From assembly GCA_021787565.1 (NCBI GenBank), contig JAJYLT010000016.1, positions 9,156-73,155 on the forward strand: a stretch of 64,000 nucleotides of DNA, read 5' to 3'. A program made the position numbers and the translations under genes. The stretch comes from Acidobacteriota bacterium (GTDB taxonomy: Bacteria > Acidobacteriota > UBA4820 > DSQY01). The notes beneath the pieces were generated by a model that saw only the letters and a program-made list of their open reading frames with translations, searched no databases and had not been told where the DNA came from. This document shows positions 29,060 to 38,588 of the stretch, piece by piece (positions within the stretch are counted from its first letter, which is position 1; each line of letters begins with the position of its first letter).

Positions 29060-29905
29060 AAGCAAACCTCCTCTGGCTTGTGCTTTCCCAATAGGTTCCA
29101 AGCGGTGAGCCCGCACCCCAGCGGACCGGCGCCTGAACAGCAACGGGTGTGCCACGCGCCGGCCAGCGAGGGTATCTGTAGCCCAAAGCCAGGCCACGCC
29201 GTCGTGCGCCGGTACCGCGATGGGCGGCGGGCAGGCCGGCGATGGATGGGTGTGATGAAATGTGTTCAGAGAAGGTGAGGGACCCTGGACAGTTTTCGCT
29301 ACGCGCCCTTGCCTGCTCCTCCCGACCGGCGACTTGGCGCCTGGTGGCCCGGGGATATGGTGTGGTATCGAGCTTTCAGCCGAGGAGGAGACGATCATGG
29401 AAGAGGCCGTGCGGGCCACGTTGCAGGCCCAGCTGTTGGACAGGCGGCAGAAACTGGGGTCGGCCATGGAGGAGAGCGGGGAGGCGGGCCAGCTCGTGCA
29501 CTTGCTCACCGAGGTGGACGCGGCCCTCGAACGGCTCGGATCGGGCGAAAAGGACGGCGACCCTGCTTCTGGGCGCGTGCGTCGGCCTCGCGGCCTCGGG
29601 CGCCGCCTTCCCCACCCAGCCCGCCCCGGCGCCCCGCCCCCCGACCGGCACCTCCCCGGCTCCCGCCGGAGACCACCCCGTCTCCCAAAGGGAGGGGCCG
29701 GCCCAGGGCGGCGAAAAGGAAAACCTTGCCACGTCTTCTCCGGGGACGGATACCATCGCCGGGCGGCCGAGCGATGACGCCGGAAGCGAGGGGCCCCTCC
29801 TTGGCGCCTGGACGTGGTGTGAGCGCCAGCACTTCACAAGGAGGGTGCAAGGGTGCATATTGGCACTGGAAGTAGGGAGGAGAGGCAGAGAATAGGAGTG
29901 AGACC

Positions 29906-30382
29906 ATGAAAGCCTCCCTGTCCGCCGCAGCCCTTCTCTCGGCCACGATCCTTCTCTCCGGCTGCGCATCCAGCATGTCCAACCGCAACTACTCGCTCAA
30001 CGAAGCCTACCAGCCCATGAACGTCCAGTACGGCACGGTGGACAGTGTCCGGTCGGTCCTCATTCAGGGCGCCCAGACCGGCGTCGGCCCGATGGCGGGC
30101 GCCGTCATCGGGGGTGCCGCCGGCAACGCCGTGGGCGGAGGGAACGGCCAGATCATCACGACGGTGGCCGGGGCGCTCCTGGGCGGCCTGGCCGGCGCCG
30201 CCGCCGAAGCGGGCGCCTCGCGCCAGGAAGGTCAGCAGATCACCATCCGCATGGACGACGGCCGCCTCATCGCCGTGGTACAAAGCGGCAAAGTCGCCTT
30301 CACGTCGGGAGAGCGGGTGCAGGTGCTGACGGCGCCCGACGGGACCACCCGCGTCGAGGCGGCGCCCGTGGCGCCCAGATAA
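29906..30382 (+). CDS. Glycine-zipper 2TM (SlyB/Pcp-like) outer-membrane lipoprotein.
   Basis: Lipobox LLSGCAS. Glycine zipper GVGPMAGAVIGGAAGNAVGGGNG...GALLGGLAGAAA. Confidence 0.75.
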   Translation: MKASLSAAALLSATILLSGCASSMSNRNYSLNEAYQPMNVQYGTVDSVRSVLIQGAQTGVGPMAGAVIGGAAGNAVGGGNGQIITTVAGALLGGLAGAAAEAGASRQEGQQITIRMDDGRLIAVVQSGKVAFTSGERVQVLTAPDGTTRVEAAPVAPR

Positions 30383-30662
30383 TTCCGGTCCGCCCGGCCC
30401 AAACCACCACCTCCCCTTCTCCGTACACCTTCGGGAGGACCGCCTGTTGTACGCTGGAGTGCGTCCTCTGGGAGAGGAGGAGCCATGCGTCGGATGCGCG
30501 GATTGGGACCGGGTGGCCCAGCTCAAGGCGGAGCCCGAATCCGCCCGCGCCACGCGCTTCCTGGTCTGCCACTCGCCCGAGGACATGGCCATTCCCTCGG
30601 CCCTGAGCGACACGTCCGTGGCCTACCTCAAGGAGCAGAAGATTCCCGTCGAATCCTTCCCG

Positions 30663-31430
<768 letters not shown>

Positions 31431-31569
31431 GGCCCGAGTCTAGCAGGCCCGCGCGGGACTGTCGCGGGGGCAGGCGCGAAGGAGGCGCCGGACTCTCCGC
31501 ACCGGCACCCGAAAGGAGAGGGGCCGGCGAACCGGCCCCTCTCCGACACGCATGAACCGCCTGGGCATT

Positions 31570-31720
31570 CCCCTATTCCGCGATAGCGGCTCAACGCCTG
31601 CGTAGGAGCGGCGCCTCGCCGCGAACCGGGTGACCCTGCGACCAGGATGCGGTGCCCGCGTACGGTTCGTCGCGCCGGGGGCGGCGCTCCTACGAGTGCA
31701 ATCCCATCGCGGAATTTGGG
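31570..31720 (-). repeat. MITE-like repeat copy 3.
   Basis: Same orientation as copy 2: CCCCTATTCCGCGATAGCGGCTCAACGCCTGCGTAGGAGCGGCGCC ... ATCGCGGAATTTGGGG. Confidence 0.8.
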
Positions 31721-31790
31721 GAGGAGAGCCAAAGCCTGGCTGCACCAGTTTGGCGCTATATTATGGAGACATCGATGCGAGGGAGGTCGC

Positions 31791-32279
31791 ATGCGACTGG
31801 CCGCTTTCTCTCTGGCGCTTCTGCTGACGGCCCCCCCCGCTGCCCCTCCGCCCGTCGAGCCGGCAGCCTTGGGGGCACCCTTCCGCCTGGCGCAGGGGCA
31901 GGAGATCACGGTGGGCGGAGAGCTCCGGGTGCGCTTCGACGCCGTCACCGCCGACTCCCGCTGCCCCAAAGGGGTCCGATGCGTCTGGACGGGCAACGCC
32001 AGGGTGGTCCTGGTCCTCACGCTCCCGGGCCGTCCCTCGGCCTTGGTGACTCTGAACACGAACGTGGATCCCCGCGCCGCCTCCGCCCTGGGCTTCACGG
32101 TGGAGATGGAGGACTTGGAGCCCTCCCCCGAGCGGGGAAAGACCCTGCGTCAGAAAGACTACGTGGTCACGCTGGTGGTGAAGAGGGGCGAACCGCCCCC
32201 CGCCCAGCGCGGGCCAGCGTCTGCGGAGGTGCCCCATGCCCCTGTTGAATCTCCTGACGTCCGCCCCACTCGACGATGA
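31791..32279 (+). CDS. Hypothetical secreted protein (162 aa).
   Basis: GGGAGG RBS. Signal peptide MRLAAFSLALLLTAPPAAPP. Conserved-looking RCPKGVRCVWTG pair of cysteines. Overlaps the next gene by 44 nt. Confidence 0.45.
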   Translation: MRLAAFSLALLLTAPPAAPPPVEPAALGAPFRLAQGQEITVGGELRVRFDAVTADSRCPKGVRCVWTGNARVVLVLTLPGRPSALVTLNTNVDPRAASALGFTVEMEDLEPSPERGKTLRQKDYVVTLVVKRGEPPPAQRGPASAEVPHAPVESPDVRPTRR

Positions 32280-32583
32280 GCACTCCGGGCCCCTCGCGGC
32301 CAAGCTGTCCAAGCTCGTCGCCTCGGCCATCGGCAAACCCGAACGCTACGTCATGGTGGCCCTGGGGAGCCTGGCCGTGGCCATGTCGGGGGGAATGGAG
32401 CCGTCCGCCTTCGCCGACGTCCGGAGCATCGGAGGCCTCACGGCCGATGTGAAGCGGAATCTCTCCGCGGGGATCTGCGCCCTTCTCCAGGAGAGCCTTC
32501 GCGTCCCCCCCGAGCGTGTGTATCTGAATTTCACCGATGTCCCACCCGAGGATTGGGGCTGGAACGGATCGACCTTCGCCTGA
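32236..32583 (+). CDS. MIF/tautomerase-superfamily protein (macrophage-migration-inhibitory-factor-like).
   Basis: MPLLNLLTSAPL..., with the N-terminal Pro-1 tautomerase signature right after the initiator Met. 115 aa, MIF-like length. Confidence 0.7.
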   Translation: MPLLNLLTSAPLDDEHSGPLAAKLSKLVASAIGKPERYVMVALGSLAVAMSGGMEPSAFADVRSIGGLTADVKRNLSAGICALLQESLRVPPERVYLNFTDVPPEDWGWNGSTFA

Positions 32584-32755
32584 TTTCGGTCCTGTCCGGC
32601 TCCTGAAATGCCGGGCCTTTGGGCCGCGGTCGTCGTTCAGCTCCTTGAAGCCGTCCAGGTCGAGGTAGGCCGGCACGCTGCCATGGATACGGCCGGATAG
32701 GTGTTACATTCATTGCCAGGATGGGAGGGGCCATCCGGGCCAGGAGGTGCCGGAC

Positions 32756-35197
32756 ATGCCAGATTCCCCGTGCTTCGCCCCCGGTTGGCCGGGCATTGCG
32801 CCCACCTGGACATCGAGCGCCAAGTGCGGCGTCGGCACCTCGGCGGGGCGCTCCAGCCCGCTCTGGTACACGCTGAGCCACGGCATCGTGAACGAGGTCT
32901 ACTTCCCCCGGCTCGACACGGCCTGTATCCGGGACCTCCAGCTCATCGTCACCGACGGAGAATCCTTCTTCTCGGAGGAGAAGCGCCACACCGAGAGCAC
33001 CATCACCCTCCCCGAGGAGGGCATCCCGCTCTACCGCCTTGAGAACGCCTGCCGAGAGGGCCGCTACCGGATCGAGAAGGAGATCCTCTCGGACCCGGCC
33101 CGCCCCGTGCTCCTCCAACGCATCCGCTTCCAGCCCCTGACCGGCCCCGCCGAGCGCTACCGGCTCCACGCCCTGCTCGCCCCCCATCTGCACAACCGCG
33201 GCTCCGGCAACACGGCTTGGTGTGGCGATTACAAGGGCGTGCCCATGCTCTTCGCGCGGCGGCACGGCTACGCCCTGGCGCTGGCCTCCTCGCTCCCGTG
33301 GCGGGGCCGTTCGGCGGGCTTCTCCGGCTCTTCCGACGGATGGCAGGACCTCGTCCGGCACTTCCGGATGACCTGGTTCTACGACCGGGCGGAGAACGGC
33401 AACGTCGCCCTCACCGGCGAGATCGCCCTGGACCCTTCGGCGGACGGATTCCTGCTGGCCCTCGGCTTTGGAGAGAACGAATGGGAAGCGGGCCAGCGCG
33501 CCAGGAGCAGCATCCTGGAAGGCTTCGATGCCGTCCGCTCGGCGTTTGTGGAAGAGTGGCGGAGGTGGCAGGAGGAGCTCGTGCCCCTGGAGCGCCGCCC
33601 GCACCGCGGCAGCCTCTTCCGCACCAGCGCCATGGTGCTCAAGAGCCACGAGTCCAAGGCCTTCCCGGGCGGCCTCATCGCCAGCCTGAGCGTGCCCTGG
33701 GGGCAGGCCAAGGGTGACGACGACCTGGGCGGGTACCACCTCCTGTGGCCCAGGGACCTGGTGGAAACGGCGGGAGGGCTGCTCGCGCTGGGCGCCCGCC
33801 GGGACGCCCGGCGCGTTCTTCGCTACCTCCAGACCACCCAGTGCGAGGACGGCCACTGGCCGCAGAACATGTGGCTCGACGGCAACCCGTACTGGCAAGG
33901 GGTCCAACTCGACGAGACGGCATTCCCGGTCCTGCTCTGCGACCTGGCCCTCAGAAACAAGGCCCTGGGGCCGGAGGAGGCCGCCCGGCTCTGGCCCATG
34001 GTCCGAAGCGCCGCCGCCTTCCTCGTCCAAAACGGCCCCGTGACGCAGCAGGACCGCTGGGAAGAGGATCCCGGCTATTCGCCCTTCACCCTGGCGGTAA
34101 CGGTGGCCGCCCTGCTGGCCGCCGCCGAGTGGGCCGAGGGCGCCGGGGAGGGCGAGGCGGCCGCCTACCTGCGGGAGACGGCCGACGCGTGGAACGACTC
34201 CATCGAGCGCTGGACCTTCGCCACGGGGACGGAGCTGGCAGCCGAGCTGGGCGTTTCGGGCTATTACGTTCGCATCGCACCGTCGGACTCGGCCGACGCC
34301 TGCTCGCCCATGCAGGGCTTCGTGCCTATCAAAAACCGCCCCATCGGCCAGAGCGCCGCCCCCGCCGCCCAGATCCTCAGCCCGGACGCCCTGGCCCTCG
34401 TTCGTTTCGGCCTGCGCGCGCCTGACGACCCCCGCATCCTGGACACCCTCCGGGCGCTGGACGCCCGGCTGAGGATCGAGACGCCCGCCGGCCCCTGCTG
34501 GAAGCGTTACAGTGGCGACGGCTACGGAGAGCACGAGGACGGGAGCCCCTTCGACGGGACGGGTGTGGGCCGGCCCTGGCCCCTTCTCACGGGGGAGCGG
34601 GCCCACTACGAGCTCGCCGCCGGCCGGAGGGAGGAGGCGAGGCGGCTGCTACGCTCCATGGAGGCCCTGGCCGGCGCGGGCGGGATGCTGCCTGAGCAGG
34701 TCTGGGACGGGGCCGACCTCCCCCCCCGCGAGCTCTTCTTCGGCCGCCCCTCGGGCTCGGCCATGCCGCTCGTCTGGGCCCACGCCGAGTACCTGAAGCT
34801 CTTGCGCTCCCTGAAGGAGGGGCGGATCTTCGACCTTCCGCCGCAGACCGCGCAGCGCTATCTGCGTGACCCACCGGCTCCCCGCTTCTGGGTGTGGCGC
34901 TTCAGCCACAAGTCCCGCCGCATCGAGGGCCGCGGACTGGACCTGCGCATCGAGACCCTCGAGCGGGCCGTTGTCCACTGGAGTTCCGATGGCTGGGCCT
35001 CGGCGCGGGATACGGAAACCCGGTCCACCGGGCTGGGCATCCACGTGGCCGACCTGCCGGCGGCCGGGCTGCCGGCGGGGGCCTCGGTGCGGTTCACCTT
35101 CTACTGGCCCGATGCGGCGAGATGGGAAGGGGAGGATTTCGAGGTCGGGTCCGCCGGCGCCTCCACCGCGCCCGCCGAGACGGGGAAACGTCCGTGA
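32756..35197 (+). CDS. Glycoside hydrolase family 15 (bacterial glucoamylase / glucodextranase / possible trehalase).
   Basis: ~810 aa. N-terminal beta-sandwich typical of bacterial GH15, then an (alpha/alpha)6 catalytic domain (LLWPRDLVETAGGLLALG; WEEDPGYSPFTLAVTVAAL). AGGAGG 9 nt upstream of ATG 32756. Confidence 0.85.
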   Translation: MPDSPCFAPGWPGIAPTWTSSAKCGVGTSAGRSSPLWYTLSHGIVNEVYFPRLDTACIRDLQLIVTDGESFFSEEKRHTESTITLPEEGIPLYRLENACREGRYRIEKEILSDPARPVLLQRIRFQPLTGPAERYRLHALLAPHLHNRGSGNTAWCGDYKGVPMLFARRHGYALALASSLPWRGRSAGFSGSSDGWQDLVRHFRMTWFYDRAENGNVALTGEIALDPSADGFLLALGFGENEWEAGQRARSSILEGFDAVRSAFVEEWRRWQEELVPLERRPHRGSLFRTSAMVLKSHESKAFPGGLIASLSVPWGQAKGDDDLGGYHLLWPRDLVETAGGLLALGARRDARRVLRYLQTTQCEDGHWPQNMWLDGNPYWQGVQLDETAFPVLLCDLALRNKALGPEEAARLWPMVRSAAAFLVQNGPVTQQDRWEEDPGYSPFTLAVTVAALLAAAEWAEGAGEGEAAAYLRETADAWNDSIERWTFATGTELAAELGVSGYYVRIAPSDSADACSPMQGFVPIKNRPIGQSAAPAAQILSPDALALVRFGLRAPDDPRILDTLRALDARLRIETPAGPCWKRYSGDGYGEHEDGSPFDGTGVGRPWPLLTGERAHYELAAGRREEARRLLRSMEALAGAGGMLPEQVWDGADLPPRELFFGRPSGSAMPLVWAHAEYLKLLRSLKEGRIFDLPPQTAQRYLRDPPAPRFWVWRFSHKSRRIEGRGLDLRIETLERAVVHWSSDGWASARDTETRSTGLGIHVADLPAAGLPAGASVRFTFYWPDAARWEGEDFEVGSAGASTAPAETGKRP

Positions 35198-35385
35198 GCG
35201 CTCAGGTGGAGATCTACTCGGCGCCGGGCTGCCCCTACTGCCGGCATGCCAAGAGGCTGCTCAGGGAGAAGGGGGTTCCCTTCGTGGAGCACCGCCTCTA
35301 CATAGTCCTCCTCTGGCTCCTGCCGATTGGAACCTTCCGGGAGATGAAGGAGCGGAGCGGAGGGCGGGACACGGTTCCGCTTTGA
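35194..35385 (+). pseudogene. Glutaredoxin (GrxC-like) remnant. The CPYC active site is intact, but the gene is C-terminally truncated with an aberrant middle segment.
   Basis: GTG overlaps the GH15 stop (GTGA). VSAQVEIYSAPGCPYCRHAKRLLREKGVPFVEH ... REMKERSGGRDTVPL*. It stops immediately after TVP(Q), whereas normal Grx continues IFIGGxHIGG. It also overlaps the 3' end of the convergent TMEM14-like gene. Confidence 0.4.
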
Positions 35386-35602
35386 CTCCGAAGAAAGCCC
35401 CGGTCAGCGCGGCCGCCGCCACCGCGAACCAGAAGCCGACCGGGTGCCCCATGGCCATCAGGAGGCCCCCCGCTAAGGCCACCAGGCCCAGCAGCCCTCC
35501 CGAAATCAGGGAGGGCAGGCTCTTGGCCGCCACGAAACCGGCCACGCCTCCCCCCGCGATGAGGAGCCCGTACACGATCGTCGCCCCTGCCTGAAAGGTC
35601 AT
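35261..35602 (-). CDS. TMEM14/DUF-type small membrane protein.
   Basis: AAGGAG RBS. MTFQAGATIVYGLLIAGGGVAGFVAAKSLPSLISGGLLGLVALAGGLLMAMGHPVGFWFAVAAAALTGAFFGVK (3 TM) plus a low-complexity tail. The 3' end overlaps the Grx remnant on the other strand. Confidence 0.5.
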   Translation of the reverse strand: MTFQAGATIVYGLLIAGGGVAGFVAAKSLPSLISGGLLGLVALAGGLLMAMGHPVGFWFAVAAAALTGAFFGVKAEPCPALRSAPSSPGRFQSAGARGGLCRGGAPRREPPSP

Positions 35603-35691
35603 CCGCACTCTCCTTGGCGCCGCCGTGGCGCCGGTAAGTTCGGGCCGCCGGCCGTCAAAGGGTGGGGATTGTATATTTCCGAGAGCCGGCT

Positions 35692-36879
35692 TCACTCCTC
35701 CTCCCCTCCCCACCGGACGGCGTCCTCTCCGAAGCGCCGGCGGAGCTCATCCAGCGTCCTGTCGAGCTTGCGCTCGCGCGCCCGGTCTCCCACCGAGAAG
35801 AGATCCCCCTGCGCGGGACGCTGCCCCGCTGGCGAGAGATCGAAGGCGGCCATGCCCACCAGGCGCACGGGGATGGTGAGATCGAACTGGCCGAGGAGCA
35901 TCTCCGCCGCCCTCTCCAGCTCCCGGTCCGAGTCGGTCGGACCGGCGAGCGCCATCTGCCGGCTCAGGATGCGGAAGCCGGAGGTCTTGAGCTTGACCCG
36001 CACGGCCCCGGCGAGCAGGCCTTCGGCGCGCAGGTGGCGCCCCACCTTGGCCGCGGCCTTGCGCAGGTGCGGACGGATCGGCCCCTCTCCGACCACGTCC
36101 TTCTCCAGGGTGGTCTCGGCGCCGACGCTCTTGGTCTCCCGTTCGGAGAGAACGGGGCGGTCGTCCACACCCCAGGCCAGCTCGTGAATCCGCCGACCCC
36201 ACTCGCCGAGGCGCCGCTCCAGCCTCTCCGGCGGCGCGTGGGCCACGTCGCCGATGCTCCGAAGGCCCATTCCCTCGAGCTGCTCCCTCGTCTTGGGCCC
36301 GACGCCCCAGAGCCGAGAGACGTCGAGGGGCCAGAGGAAGGCCGTCACCTCCCCGGGCGGCACCACCACCAGCCCGTCCGGCTTCCTGAAATCGCTGGCC
36401 ACCTTCGCGACGAACTTGCAGGGTGCCAGACCCACGGAGATGGTGAGCCCCCGCGTGGCCTCCGAAACCTCCCTCCTGATCCGGCGCCCCATCTCCTCGG
36501 GCGGCCCGAACAGGCCCTCGGCGCCGGTCATGTCCAGGAAGGCCTCGTCCAGACTGAGGGGCTCGACCAGCGGCGAGAAGCGGGCGAAGACCCCCATGAC
36601 CACCTCGGACACGGCCTTGTATCGTTCGAAGTCGGGCGGCAGGACCGCGGCGTGCGGACAGAGGCGGCGGGCCTGGGCCATGGGCATGGCGCTTCGGCAG
36701 CCGAAGGGGCGCGCCTCGTAGCTGGCGGTGGAGACGACGCCCCGGTTGCCCGTGCCCCCCACGAGGAGGGGCTTCCCCCTCAGCTCGGGCCGGTCGCGCT
36801 GCTCCACGGCCGCGAAGAAGGCGTCCATGTCGGCATGGAGGATGACTCTCGGCCAGATTTCCTCTCCCTGCCGCTCCAT
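35692..36879 (-). CDS. dinB: DNA polymerase IV (Y-family).
   Basis: ILHADMDAFFAAVEQRDRPELRGKPLLVGG and SIDEAFLD-type motifs. Full-length DinB similarity, 395 aa. Confidence 0.9.
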   Translation of the reverse strand: MERQGEEIWPRVILHADMDAFFAAVEQRDRPELRGKPLLVGGTGNRGVVSTASYEARPFGCRSAMPMAQARRLCPHAAVLPPDFERYKAVSEVVMGVFARFSPLVEPLSLDEAFLDMTGAEGLFGPPEEMGRRIRREVSEATRGLTISVGLAPCKFVAKVASDFRKPDGLVVVPPGEVTAFLWPLDVSRLWGVGPKTREQLEGMGLRSIGDVAHAPPERLERRLGEWGRRIHELAWGVDDRPVLSERETKSVGAETTLEKDVVGEGPIRPHLRKAAAKVGRHLRAEGLLAGAVRVKLKTSGFRILSRQMALAGPTDSDRELERAAEMLLGQFDLTIPVRLVGMAAFDLSPAGQRPAQGDLFSVGDRARERKLDRTLDELRRRFGEDAVRWGGEEE

Positions 36880-36910
36880 CCGTCACCTTCCTTCCTGCCG
36901 GGGACGCCGC

Positions 36911-38124
36911 TCAGGCCTCGGCGGCCTCGCGGCGGCCGCCGAGGCTCCTCATGGAACCCACCATGGCCGCCGTGCAACACCCCAGGAGAAGACAGAGGCC
37001 CCACAGGGGGCGCGATCCGAGCCTCTCCAGAACCAGGGTCCCGAGCCACGGCCCGACCGTGAGACAGAGGCTGAAGGTCATGGCGTAGAGCCCCATGTAC
37101 TCCCCCCTCCGGTCGGGGGGCGCCCAGTCCGCCACCGCCGCCGCGCTGCCCGGGAACAGGATCATCTCGCCGAAGGTCCAGATCACGACGGTCAGCCCGA
37201 CGCTCCAGTAACCCCCGGCCAGCGCGAGCGCTCCGAACCCGGCTCCGGTCAGGAGCGCACCCAGGGCCAGCGAGCGCCGGTGGGACCATCGGGCCATGGC
37301 GGCATTGAGGGGGACCTCCAGGAAGATGATCAGCACCGTGTTCACCGTGAAGAAGAGGCCGTAGACCGCCTCCGGCATGTGGAGGTCCTTCACGAGGTGG
37401 AGCGGGAAGGCCGCGTCGATCTGCAAGAAGACGATGACCGTCGGGATGATGGCGGCCAGGAAGAACAGGAAGGGGCCATTGGCGAGGGCGCGCCCTGAAG
37501 GAGCACCGGCGCTCCCTCATCCTCCGGGGAGGCCGCGCCGCCGCCCGCGGCGGTCTCGTGTCGTGGCGTCATGAGCCACAGAAATCCGAAGGCAAGCAGC
37601 GAGGTGGCCCCGTCCACCCAGAAGAGCCACCGGAAGTCCACCATGGCCAGAAACCCGCCCAGGGCCGGTCCGACGCTCATGCCCAGGTTCACGGCCAGAC
37701 GATTGAGGGCGAAGACGGCCTTCCGCTGGCCGGGGGCGGCGAGCCCCGCGAGAATGGCCATGGCGGCAGGACGGTAGGCCTCGTTCACCAACGCCCAGAG
37801 GAAGGTCGCCGCGAGAACCGGACCGAACCCCCGCACCAGCGGAAAGAGCAGGAGCGCGGCCCCCGACAGGAAGAGCGAGGCGGCCATAATCCAGAGGGCG
37901 CCCACCCGGTCGCAGAGCCTTCCCGCGAAGGGGCCCATCAGGAGCGCCCCCGCGCCGTACACGGTGAGCGCCGAGCCCGCCTGGGCGGGCGAGAGGTGGA
38001 GCCCCCTGCTCAGGTAAAGCACGAGGAAGGGCAGCACCATGGTGCCCATGCGGTTAATGAGGGTCGTGGCGCAGAGGACCCAGACCGCGCGGTCCAGGCC
38101 CCCGAGAGAGCGCCAGGGGTTCAT
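36911..38124 (-). pseudogene. MFS transporter disrupted by a frameshift in the central cytoplasmic loop. The N-terminal 6-TM half and C-terminal 6-TM half lie in different frames.
   Basis: N-half ORF 37390..38124 (MNPWRSLGGLDRAVWVLCATTLINRMGTMVLPFLVLYL...) ends ...ASPEDEGAPV... in frame A. C-half frame opens at a TGA at ~37505 and reads SAGAPSGRALANGPFLFFLAAIIPTVIVFLQIDAAF... to 36911. A 1-nt indel within ~37470-37520 would fuse them. Confidence 0.55.
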
Positions 38125-38370
38125 GGGGGCCTCCTCCCGGCTCATCATAGGCGGCGCCCCTCCCCCTGTCCACGGCCGGGGTGCCGCTGTTTTCGGCGTC
38201 TCGTCCGAAGGGACCGCCCGCTCGCCGGGGGCGCCGGAAGGGCCCGTGGCCGGCGCGTGGCGAGGCACTCTCGCGCCGAAAGATGTCGTCCGACTTCAGG
38301 CTTCACCACCTCTCAAGAGCGGTTCTTTTCAGTGCTCACCTCCCCCATCATCCGCCACCCCAACAGACCA

Positions 38371-38524
38371 TCCCCAAATTCCGCGATGGAATTGCACTCG
38401 TAGGAGCGCCGCCCCCGGCGCGACGGACCGTACGCGGGCACCGCATCCTGGTCGCAGGGTCACCCGGTTCGCGGCGAGGCGCCGCTCCTACGCAGGCGTT
38501 GAGCCGCTGTCGCGGAATCGGGGA
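38371..38524 (+). repeat. MITE-like repeat copy 4.
   Basis: CCCCAAATTCCGCGATGGAATTGCACTCGTAGGAGCGCCGCCCCCGGCGCGACGG ... GTTGAGCCGCTGTCGCGGAATCGGGG. Confidence 0.8.
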
Positions 38525-38588
38525 CCATCGACCCTTCTAGACTCTCGAGGCGACGCGCGAATAGAATGGCCCGTCCGCGCGCCGGACG

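Noticed and set aside
32584-32746. 5-bp stem CCGGC…GCCGG after the MIF gene, seen as a possible terminator.
   Set aside because: The stem is too short and lacks a U-tract; not reported as a feature.
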